A stretch of 51,193 nt of DNA from Vitrella brassicaformis CCMP3155. Lineage: Eukaryota; Protista; Chromerida. Shown here one piece after another: positions 34,834-45,300 of this stretch. The translations under genes and the position numbers were made by a program. Position 1 is the first letter of the stretch, and every line of letters begins with the position of its first letter. The stretch spans positions 1 to 51,193 of the forward strand of contig CDMY01000566.1 in NCBI GenBank assembly GCA_001179505.1. Reading direction: 5' to 3'. The notes beneath the pieces are model-generated. The model was given only the letters and a program-made list of their open reading frames with translations. It was not told the origin of the DNA and did not search any database.

Positions 34834-37625
34834 TGTGTGTGGACAGGTACCAAGAAGGGTACGGTTCACGGCGATCTGAAGAGCGCCAATGTGTTGCTGA
34901 ATTACGAGGACGGCCAGCGCGGCGTCAAGCTGAGCGACTTTGGCTTCTCGCGCGTCAAGGCCCAGCAGACCCAACAGGTCCTCTCGCTCGTCGGATGGAC
35001 CGTCAGATGTGAGCAAACAGCGGAATCGATGAGGGCAAGGGCGAGGGCGAGAGTGCGTGTGTGTATCTTGGTTCAGGGGCGCCTCCTGAGATGATGGAGC
35101 GGCTCAAGAGAAGGTGCGGTGGGGTGGACATCTGGGAGGGAGCGGCATTGCTTGTGTCGCTCTTGTGGATGTGTGTGTGTGTGTCGGTGTGTCAGGGAGA
35201 AGGGCCGCTGGGCGACAATACAGACCCTTAAGCGGGCTGACGTGTACTCATTCGGTTAGGGAAAAACACACACATACAGAGACCGCACAGACACACTCTT
35301 CGTTGTGTTTGGCTGCGTGTGTCTGTGCAGGTGTGTTGATGTACGAGGTGGCTGCTCGGAGGGTACCCTACCCAGACCTCGAGTAGGCGAGCCACATGAC
35401 ACACACACACACATACACACACAGAGGCAGAATGGTCCGTCCGTCCCATTCTCTCTCATTGTGCAGCGAGACCAAGATCGCCCCCTTTGTGCTGATGGGC
35501 GGCCGCCCCACCACTCCCACATACCCCCCGGTGCAGGGAGCCATGCCCGTCAGTGAAGCACAGACACCTCAGACACCTCAGACACCTTCAGACACCGCAC
35601 TCACTTATGCCCTTTGTGTGTCTGTCGGTGACATCACATCACGTGTGCGCATCTGTCCGTACGTCAGCGTGTGGCCGGTCAGTTTGGTGACGTCAAGAAC
35701 CGTCCCTCCTTCGCGTGGCAGCTGCCCCCTGGCTGCCCCAAGGCCCTCGAGGCCATCATGCAGGAGTCCTGGGCGGACGACCCTGAAACCAGACCCACCT
35801 TCGACCAGATCACACCCAGACTGCAGGTACAGCTGTCTGTGTGTGGTGTGGCGTGGTGTGGTGTGGCGTAGGGGCGGCATGGATGGATGGATGTGTGTGT
35901 GTGTTTAGGCGTTATATGGGTCTGTGTCTGAGGCTGAGAGCCGCCCCGGGGGGCTGGAGGAACTCAACGCCAGGGAGGCGCAGCTCAGAACAAACCCGCC
36001 GCAGTCCACAGGAGTACGCAACAACACAGGCAGAGAGGACCTGACGGACACGCAGTAGGTACCGCTTGTCTGTTCCTTGTCTGCTCGCTCAGATGAATGT
36101 CCGTGTGCCGACCATCACCACCAAGATGATGCGCGAAGTCCTCTCCCAAGCGCCGTACCCACAGGGGCCTGACTCAATGGTCCGCCACACACAGCACTGC
36201 ACAGCACAGCACACACACACACACCGATAGCCATGCCGACCTCCATGTGTGTGCAGCCGGCGTCCCGGATGCGCATCACTCCCGCCCCGCCCGTGCCGCC
36301 GACCATCGAGGAGGAGAACTCCGAGAACTACAGCGCCAGCAACTACAGCAGTATGAGGCGCGAGTGGACCGCTGCACACGAGGGAGCCAGTGGTGGTGGT
36401 GGTGGTGGGGCGTCACAGGCCAGCGAGCCTGGCGCCACGGGGTACCACACAGCGGTGCCCACTTATTCTTCTGAAGAGGGAGGGGCCGTCTCGCCTTCGG
36501 CGGTGAGTGAGTGAGGAATTCGTGTGTGTGTGTGTGAGGCGTGAACGAGTGAATGATGTGGTGTGTTGTGTTGTGTGGGGTGGTGTGTGGGGGCGCAGGA
36601 CGGCGGCCCGAAGCCCTCCCCGACTCCCATCGCACGGCCGTCATCCGACCACTCTGTCGCCATGAAGCAGCCAAGCAAAGAGGTAGGTACCCACGGGCAC
36701 AACAGACAGACAGACAGACGTGGACTTCTCTCGCCCCTCTCCTCCATCTCCCCTCCCAATCCTTCATCGGCCAGCGTGCCCAGTCTGCGGACAGCGGGGC
36801 GTCGCCGGTGTCGCAAGGGCAGGCGGAGGCTCTCCGCAAGGCGTCGGGCGACCTGCCTGAGCGCCGAGCCTCTGGTGACACGGAAATGACGGAGCCACGG
36901 GGGCTCTCACAGTTCGCCGTGCTGTCTAACATACCGGTACGCCATCTCTATCACACACAAGTGCATCGATTGCGTCTGTCTGCAATTTCCTCTGCCTGTC
37001 TCTCTCCTTCTGTGTGGTCAGCAAAGCCGCCCAGGGAGCGTCATGACGGATGGGGTAAGAAGCTGCCTGACCCGCCCTTAACAGCTCGGGCGCTTGGATG
37101 CGCATCCGTCCGGGCAGTAATTACAAACCTCTTTTTCTCTCTCTCTCTGTCTGTTTGTTGCTCCCATGTGTGCAGAGCATCCCAGCGTCTGGCCGCAGCC
37201 CGACGAGTCAGGATGTGGCCTCCATATGGCAGGAGGCGGCCGTGGCCTCCCAGCGCCACACACAGGAGCTCGTCACTTCCGTCGGCGACCTCCCCAAGAA
37301 GGGCTACCTCAAGCTGCCCACCGATCGCCTGGTCCCCGCCACCAGGACCGAGCCGCCCACCGAGCCAGACATGCACCAGCGGCTCCAGCAGCTGCATGGC
37401 GCGGGGGTCGACAGCAGTATGGCCAGCAGCATCAACGCCTCCTTCGCCATCAACCTCACGGCGGTGAGTGGAGCATGCTCATGCAGACAGAGAGAGAGGC
37501 ATGTGTGTGCATTTGTGCATGTGGGTGTGTGGTGTGTGGTGTGTGGATTGCAGTCCAATTTCAATCCCGACGCCAACACGAACGGCAGCGCCAATGCCCC
37601 CGGCCCCTTCGGCCGGCCGTCCTGA
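30715..37625 (+). CDS. Receptor-like TKL protein kinase: signal peptide, type-1 periplasmic-binding-protein (LivJ/Venus flytrap-like) ectodomain, Cys-rich GCC2/GCC3-like module, TM, kinase, long tail; more than 20 exons, spans a gap
   Basis: Ectodomain LRVGLICPLSGSLSEEGQDFDDGFRYW...AGGVRVGG...VELVELDSES...AVSNARAMVDRQVDVVV. Cys module CPSGTRQLSGRCEPCPEGQTSRGPNATEC. TM IIIVAVVVVVVAVLLSLLLLIILW. Kinase motifs IGSGATCSVFRG, VAIK, HPNII, HGDLKSANVLL, KLSDFG, WAPPE, ADVYSFG, W..DP..RPTF. Confidence 0.9.
31246..31545. other. Scaffold gap (300 N) inside an intron of the kinase gene, flanked by poly-C
   Basis: Run of 300 N. Confidence 1.
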
Positions 37626-38358
37626 ATGACTTTGTCCTTATTACAAAGATGATGCATCGATGGATGGATGGATGGATGGACGAGTGGCGGTGGTCTCTCT
37701 CTCTCTAAGGGTGAAAGCTGTTTTTTTTTGCCTGAGGCGATGGAGGCATGGATGGTATGGATGGATGGATGGATGGATGTTGAAGAGAGAGGGAAGGAGA
37801 GTCGAGAGTGCTCGACCTGTCTGCCCGTCAGCACACCTATGCCTGTCTGTACGCCTGTATGTGTGTGAGAGAGGGAGGGAGGGAGGGAGGGTGGGAAAGG
37901 GGGAGGGAGGCACGGGCCCATGCCTGCCTGCGCCATGGGTGTATTTCGAGTCATTTTTAGCTTGCCTGCCTGCCTGCATGCTTCCTTCCTGCCTAGCCAC
38001 TTGACTTCTGACTGACTGACTGACTGACTGTCTTTTACAGCGGTAATGTGATGTGATCATGTGACTCGTTGCCTGGCGGCCAGGCAGGGGGCCTTTTTTG
38101 GCAGGCAAGTCTGAGTGCACTTGGGATGAATGGGGAGAGACGAGTTCTGAGTTCGTTCATCGGCAGAAGGCAGAGAGAAGAGATGAGAGCGAGCGATTAC
38201 TTACTTGGCGGTGGGGTGGCTTTGTCGCTGCTGAGCTGACTGTGTTGGTGTGGGTGTGTGGTGTGCCCTTTCTCATGCAGATGTGTGTGCAGTGAGAGAG
38301 GCGGCAACTGGGTGAATGCCGGCTGGCTCGTGTGGGGGGTGGGGAGGGAGGGAGGGAG

Positions 38359-38658
38359 NNNNNNNNNNNNNNNNNNNNNNNNNNNNNNNNNNNNNNNNNN
38401 NNNNNNNNNNNNNNNNNNNNNNNNNNNNNNNNNNNNNNNNNNNNNNNNNNNNNNNNNNNNNNNNNNNNNNNNNNNNNNNNNNNNNNNNNNNNNNNNNNNN
38501 NNNNNNNNNNNNNNNNNNNNNNNNNNNNNNNNNNNNNNNNNNNNNNNNNNNNNNNNNNNNNNNNNNNNNNNNNNNNNNNNNNNNNNNNNNNNNNNNNNNN
38601 NNNNNNNNNNNNNNNNNNNNNNNNNNNNNNNNNNNNNNNNNNNNNNNNNNNNNNNNNN
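38359..38658. other. Scaffold gap (300 N) flanked by (GGGA)n and (CCCT)n
   Basis: Run of 300 N. Confidence 1.
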
Positions 38659-39640
38659 CCCTCCCTCCCTCCCGCCCTCCCTCACTCCTCGTTCTTGCTC
38701 CCCAGTTCTATGAGTGCAGCGAGTGTTTGTTTGTTTGTTTGTGTGGTGGGTGCATGCTCTTCGTTTGCTCCATGCCTCCGTGGAGAATGGCATTGCAGGT
38801 AGGCATATATCCGCTTCTCGTGTGTGGACGCGTTTCTTTCTCCCTGTCTGAGGGGGGGTTGACTGACTGACTGACTGACTCATCTTATCATCCTTCTTGT
38901 CCATGTGATGTCTTGTGGCTGTGTGTGGGTGTGTGTGCCGCGGTATGGCAATCGCATGATGCACACACGTCTGTCCGTTCGCCCACACGTCATGGACAAT
39001 TGATGCGGTGTTTCTCACCGCATCGATCGCATCGCCCCGCACCGCATGGCATCAGGAGTGAGTGCGCGTCAGTTTTATAGAGGAGGGAGGCCTGACCGAG
39101 GACTCTTATCTATCTGTGTATGTATGTCTGTGTGTGTGCCTGCTGATGGGACGGAGTCTGTCTGTCTGTCTTTTCTCATCATTGCGTCCGTGCGGCGTGC
39201 GCGTGCTTGCGTTGACTGACACACACACACACACACATGCAGTGTGATGCTATGCTATCTATGTATCCCGTCCGTCCGTCCGTCCACCACCTACCCACCC
39301 CTGCATCGCGTCCATCAACTCCCCTCCCTCCCTCCTTTCCCTCCCTCTACCGTACCCAGCTTATGTATCACGTCCACTTCATGTGATGTGCGCGTTGTGT
39401 GTGGAGGTTTATTTGGTCAAGACACAGACAGACAGACAGACACTACGTGCGCATCGGCTTTGCGTGCAGGTGCTATCGACTACTCTATACAGGGATGTGG
39501 GCTGGTGGGTCAAAAGGGCTTCGGTCGAGATCGCCGGGCTCCTTAGTTGCAGCTCAGTTTCTGAGCCGAAGGCAGCGCTCAGTTTCTGAGCAAGTTGCGA
39601 GCTCTGACAATTCAAGCCAAAGTCCCCCCTTCCCTGGAAG

Positions 39641-40548
39641 ATGTCGTCGGTTGCAGCTCCGTTTGTGGTCTCGTCGACAGAGGCGCGACGCCTCATCGCC
39701 ATACAAGGTACACACACCTCTCCATCTCGCGTGTTGTCTTATGCCGCATCGGCCGCCGTCCCGTCAACCCATCTCCCTATGTGTGTGTGTGCAGGTGGGC
39801 GTGTGACCGATGACTCGCAGTGGTCCAAGCTCATCCCGCCTCTGATCGAGACGCTCTGCGGCAAGATCTCCGAGGCCAGCCTGTGGCCAAAAGTCAGCGG
39901 ACCGCTGATGAATCTGATGGAGAGCGGCGACATATCTGCCAAGGACTGCAGCGACATGAAATGGTCAGGCAGCAAGTCAAGTCAGCTTGACGCCGCACGC
40001 ACCGCACACAGCTGGAGAGATCTGCGAATGAATGCCATCTGTTCGGCTGTGGTTGTGTTCTGTGTACCTGATCAGGTGGATAGCCTACCCCGTCGACGAG
40101 ACCGCGGAGGCTCCTGAGGGCACCGAGCTGATCGAGCTGCCCGCGCTCAAGTGTGATTGATGCACAGATGCACATGCACACGCATCGCGTTGGCTGCACG
40201 TGCAGCCGCTGACTGACACTGGCGTGACGTGACGTGATTGCTGTGTGTCAGGTGCGCCAAGTGGACGTACACCGGTCCTTACTCAGGTCTGGCAGAGATG
40301 TGGGAGGCCAGTGTCAACCAGCTCATGGATGACGGGCATCTCAAGATGGGCAAATGCATGGCAGAGGTGCGTCCGTCCCACACGCCGACACGCACACGCA
40401 CCTGAGCCGCTGTCCTGTCCTGTCTTGTCTTGTCTTGTCTTGTCTTGTCTTGTCTTGTGCTGTGACGACGAACCAGGAGTACATTGACGACCCCTGCAAG
40501 ACGCCCGAGGACAAGCTCCGCACGCTGATATGGATCCAGATCGAATGA
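39641..40548 (+). CDS. Stand-alone GyrI-like / AraC effector-binding small-molecule-binding protein; 5 exons
   Basis: MSSVAAPFVVSSTEARRLIAIQGGRVTDDSQWSKLIPPLIETL...WWIAYPVDETAEAPEGTELIELPALKCAKWTYTGPYSGLAEMWEASVNQLMDDGHLKMGKCMAEEYIDDPCKTPEDKLRTLIWIQIE*. The motifs GPY..L...(W/Y) and EY.DDP..TPE..LRT.I match the GyrI-like fold. Confidence 0.85.
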
Positions 40549-41278
40549 GTCAACCAAGGAGCGATGCAGACATTCCCACATGACGCTTTGGGTGGACAGG
40601 GGCAGGCAGGCAGGCAGGCAGACAGGGAGGGAGGGGAGTAGGGAAGGCGGGGCTGATTCGCTCTTTGGTTAAGTGTCCCTGTGGGTGCTGCTTGACTTGC
40701 TTTGGGGGTGAGTGGACCGCCCTGGACGGACAGGGGGGGCATTTTTTGGTCTTGGGTTGTCGTTTGTTCGTCTCTGTCTGCACTGCGTGTGCCTTTATCG
40801 GCACACTGACGACCCGGCCGTTCGCTTTTTATCTATCGGTGGCTGTCTGTCTGTCTGTCTGTGGGAAGGAAGATGTCGGTCATGGTGGTGCCCTTTATTA
40901 TCTCTTGGCTGGACGATACCTACCTATGATGTCTGTGTGTGCGATGCGACTGTGTGTGGCGCAGAGGGAGTGAGCGCAGATCGTGATGTGGCTGCATGGT
41001 GGACCGACCAGTCTGTCTGTCTGTCTGTCTGTGACGTGACAATCTCGCCCTTTTGTGTTTGCCCCCTTTGGTAGGTGGGGCGGGGCGGTCGTTCGTCTTG
41101 ATGCGTACGAGAGAGACTGTCTGGCCAGCGAGCAACCGAACCGATACAGCTTAAATGAAGGCACCTGCTAGCGTGTCGCCTCAACACACAACACAACACA
41201 CCACTCTCGCGCAAACAGATCCTAAGTGCCCCAAGCGTTCCATCCACACACGCAGGCAGCCAGCTTCACTTTTTTCCA

Positions 41279-42849
41279 TCACGTCTTCACAATCCTGCCC
41301 GCAAAGCTCGTCACGCGCTTCTCCAACGCCACATAGGGCTCAGCCGCCTTCTGGTACACCCGAAAGTGCTCGTCAGCGAGCCGCCGCTCAGCACGGGGAA
41401 AGAGGTACGACACATGGTAAAAGCCTGTGGCGGGGCAGACGTAGGCCATGCGCATCAGGCGGCTGTCTTGCCGGTGCCACATGGGGTATCGCCTCAGAGT
41501 GATGGAGGGGTGGTCGAGTAGCAGCGCTATGACCTCCTCGGGGACGAGGAGGGAGGGGCTCCGGCGGAAGAAGACGTGACGCACCAGGGGGTACAGCGGG
41601 TGCTGACGGTTGGATAACACCCAACACCTCTGCACACACCGGGAGGGGGGCACACGAGCGTCATGAGCCAAGAGCCGCATCTGACTCTCTCTCTCTCTCT
41701 CTCTCTCATCGGTCACGTACCTCAAAGGAAACGAAGGCTGCGGTGCTCTTGACTGTGGAGGTTACCCTGTGCATGTCCAGCTGGACGCCCTCGATGCCCA
41801 CCCCTCTGTCCTTGTCAGCCGACATCTCGTCGAGCATCGGCAGGAAGACCTCCTCCACCACATCGGCCATGCTCCTCGGGTGGTTCTGCCCGATGATGGT
41901 GCAGGCCTTCATGCCCAGCAGCACGAACAGGAAGTCGCCGCGGCAGGCCAGCATCCTCTGCACGTCAAGCTTGATCCCGGGGGCCGCCGCACGCGCCGTC
42001 TGGAAGTAGTTATTCTCGAGCGACACGAAACGCTGGTACGCCTGATGGATCTGACCCATCCCATCAATGGACGATGGACAAGGGCATCGCATCAGGAGCT
42101 GAGTAGAACCCACCCACCTGTTTTTGCCGCTTGGATAGCGCCTTGGGTTTGATGAGGAAGAGGCGGTCCCGCCGCTCTGTCAGTGAGGGAGTGTCTTGAA
42201 GAGCCGACACCATCGGCATCAGCTCCTCCATCATGGGCGCCTTGCTGTCACCATCTCGCAACCTGACCAACCAACCAATCAACCAACCACCACACACGAT
42301 AAGGATGGATGACTGCCTCACCGCACGGCTGCCTGCCTGTCTGCCCGCCCGTCTCTTCTCGTCTCGTCTTACCTGACCTCTTTCTCCCCTCCATGAGGGC
42401 CGCAGTGGCATCGTCGTATCTCCGCATTCGGATGAGCACTGCCGCCCGCCGCACCCATGCCGGTTCAGACGCAGGCATGCAAGCTGTGGCGGTCTCCGCG
42501 CACCGGCTGGCGCGTGGGAGATCACCCAAGTAGAGGTGGCTGCCGGCAAGCCAGTGGTTCAGGTAGCCCGACACGGGGTTGAGACGAACGCCTGCCATGT
42601 ATCAATCATATATGAAAATGGAGAAGCGGCAGATGCAGGCCTGTTACACTTGATGATGAGCAGTGAATCCACTGGCATACCTGATAGTTTCATCGCTTTG
42701 CGGCAGCTACTGCAGCTGGGCGTGCCGGGTGTGGATCTTGGGCTCAGTGTGCCGGACAGGGCCCCAGTGAGTGGTTCATTGGTAGCTGTTGTTTTTCGCC
42801 CTTCCTCCTGCTGTTGGTAGCTGTCGAAGCGAGAACGCAGGCGGAGCAT
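41279..42849 (-). CDS. TPR-containing protein with an uncharacterised C-terminal domain; about 5 exons; first exon uncertain
   Basis: TPR-like helices: LNHWLAGSHLYLGDLPRASRCAETATACMPASEPAWVRRAAVLIRMRRYDDATAALMEG. Then ...FLFVLLGMKACTIIGQ...VFLPML / RCWVLSNRQHPLYPLVRHVFF...EEVIALLLDHP...AGRIVKT*. Confidence 0.7.
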
Positions 42850-43341
42850 AATCAGGGTTTGGGTGCTAGGGTTTCTTCAAAAAGCTCGCATGGGGCCTTC
42901 TTCCTTCCTTCCCCCGTCTTCCTGTTAACTGACTCATCGGAGTAGCTTCGGAAGGTGCGTTCGCAGCAGATAGCCCATCGCTCCAAAAACAGCACAGCAG
43001 CACAGCTGCCATCATAGCTCTTTGGTGCCGTGACTGCCGTCCGACCTCCTCTTCGGCGGTAAGAAACACACACGAGAGGCGGGAAGCCGCCTCAGACGCC
43101 GTACATCGTCCGGAAATCGTGTCGGCATGTATCCGTTGTGTTGTGTTTGTTGAATCAGGCATCTTCTTGGCGTGTGTGTGGCATAGCGGTGTTGTCGCTG
43201 CGGTCATGGTACTCACCGTCACGCGCACTCAGGTTGTGAAGGTGGAACAACACTGATGGAGCCGACGGGCATGCAGACAGACATGAGATTGAGGGTTGTG
43301 TGTGTTGTGTGTGATACAGTGAGTGGTGAGAAGACCGCATC

Positions 43342-44676
43342 ATGGCGGCCGCATCATCCTCACATGCTGCAGCTGTGTCCCGTGGCTGGAAGCGATCAAA
43401 TGACCTCGACAAGGAACTGTGGTGTGGCAGATGCGACAATGCGAGCCGCCAGCTGTGCAAAGGCATCATCCGCCGCACCCTCACAAGTGGACAAGATGTG
43501 TTACAGCTGATCCAGCGGGACGGAGCCGACCCCAAAATGACGCCTTCGCTGTGCGCGGCTCCGCCGCCGGCTCCGCTGGTCGTTAGCAACGGATGGGGTG
43601 TGTATTCACTTCTGTCGCTGGCCATCGACGACATGACTGGCTACACTGTCCCGGCCTTCTGGGCAGAAGACGTGCCCGAGGAGTCTCCCGTCGCCCTACG
43701 ATGGTGGTCGTCCCCCGAGCTACAGGATGAGATCATGCGCGCCCTGATCGATGGAGGCGCGGATGTTGATGGAGAAGTCGATGACTTTGACGAAGACGCT
43801 TGGGTGATGGAGACGCTGCCGCATGATAGGGAGGCGCCAATTCGCGTGGCCATCGCATCGGGCAATCAGAGGGCCATCGACTTCCTGCTGGAGCGTGACG
43901 CTAAGCTGAGGGGGCTGGGGGTGCTGTCGGTGCCCAAGACGCTGCCGGCGGACCAGCCGACTGAGGCGTACGAGGACTGGCTGCTCTCGAGATACCGCCA
44001 GCTCCTCTGCCGCCACCCCACACTCGCCACCGAAGAAGTGGTGATGGATTGCTTGGGACTAACGGTTCACGCCTTCTCCCAGGCGTTCGTCGACATGTAC
44101 ATCAACCTGCTGGTGACGCACGGAGCGGACATCACAGCACCGCCGGCCCCTCCCGTTGGAGTGTCGCGACTCTGCGAGGCGGCTTTTCGCGGCTGTCATC
44201 AGGTCGTGACGTCGCTGTGTCGCCGTCTGACCGCCGAGGACATCAACGCCGGTGGCGTCAACGCCCTCAACGCCGGTGGCGTCAACGCCCCCGACCGGAC
44301 GCCCCTCCTTGCGGCCGTCGAGGAGCTCGGTGGGGACAGCGACTACGGGCAGCGACTTGGGGTTCCCTGCTACCAGCGCATCACCCGCACACTGCTGAGG
44401 GCCGGTGCAGACATCTCCCGCATTCCCACAGACACCGAGAAGCACCGCCGTTGTCGTCAACTGGTGTTGCCCGAGTACGTCACGGTCCTCAACGAGCTGC
44501 GGGCTGACGCCATGGCTGCCATCAATGCCGCCCTGCGCCCCCAGCGCAGCTTCGCGGCCCTCCTCACCCACCTGATGAAGCTCGACCCCCTCCCATTCGG
44601 ACCACAAGAGGCAGAGGCCATCGCCTGGCGCACCGCGGCGTTCTGCTTCGAATGGGACCGCACCGCGGCCATCTGA
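43342..44676 (+). CDS. Single-exon 444-aa ankyrin-repeat-like protein of a lineage-expanded type, possibly C-terminally truncated
   Basis: Ankyrin-like segments: YSLLSLAID, IMRALIDGGADVD, APIRVAIASGNQRAIDFLLERDA, INLLVTHGADIT, LCEAAFRGCHQVVTSL, TPLLAAV, TRTLLRAGADIS. Confidence 0.8.
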   Translation: MAAASSSHAAAVSRGWKRSNDLDKELWCGRCDNASRQLCKGIIRRTLTSGQDVLQLIQRDGADPKMTPSLCAAPPPAPLVVSNGWGVYSLLSLAIDDMTGYTVPAFWAEDVPEESPVALRWWSSPELQDEIMRALIDGGADVDGEVDDFDEDAWVMETLPHDREAPIRVAIASGNQRAIDFLLERDAKLRGLGVLSVPKTLPADQPTEAYEDWLLSRYRQLLCRHPTLATEEVVMDCLGLTVHAFSQAFVDMYINLLVTHGADITAPPAPPVGVSRLCEAAFRGCHQVVTSLCRRLTAEDINAGGVNALNAGGVNAPDRTPLLAAVEELGGDSDYGQRLGVPCYQRITRTLLRAGADISRIPTDTEKHRRCRQLVLPEYVTVLNELRADAMAAINAALRPQRSFAALLTHLMKLDPLPFGPQEAEAIAWRTAAFCFEWDRTAAI

Positions 44677-45300
44677 GTGAGTCGAGTCGAAGGAAGAGCG
44701 GGTGGAGGGCAAGAGGTCATGTTTGTCTGTCGATTTAAGCGATATGCCAGCCGGTGGGTCAGTGCCCTTTACGGTCAATTCTGTCTGTCTGTCGCGTGTG
44801 AGTCAGTGCCTTATGTGTTTGTCCGTTTTTGTCCTCACCAGCCAGCCATCCATCCCATCTGCATGATGCCAGCGGGTGTGTTTATGTTACCACAACATCT
44901 GTATGTCTGCGTGTGCCCTCAATATACATATGTGTATCCGTATGTGCTCCATGTGCGTCCACACACTGCTCGCTGCACGTTCGTGTCGCGTGTGCATGCC
45001 GGCATATTTATCTATTTATGCAGACAGACAGACCAGCACTTTGGTGCGTGAGGAACTTTAATGCCAAGCCATGAATGCCCTGATCATGAGGTCGATATTA
45101 ATATGTGACCTACGCCCATGTGCCAATGAAATGAGGCTGAGAGACACACTCGGCAGTCGTCCCGACCCCATTGCAAGCAGAGAGTGAATGAAAGGATACC
45201 CATATTCAGGCGCACACAGACGCAGGCCAAAGAAAGAGAGCATTTGTTTGTGGGTTTGATGTCGAGAATCGGAGACGGCGACAAACCCCATAAACCCTGA

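Noticed and set aside
42866-43228. Minus-strand ORF with a signal-like MMAAVLLCCFW segment as first exon of the TPR gene
   Set aside because: It ends in TAG before the TPR exons and I found no usable donor to join them.
2346-45298. Telo-box-like AGGGTTT/AAACCCT motifs near gene starts (2346, 23302, 26026, 26413, 42854, 42868, 45292)
   Set aside because: About seven hits of a 7-mer on two strands in 50 kb is close to chance expectation (roughly six). No tandem telomeric array is present.
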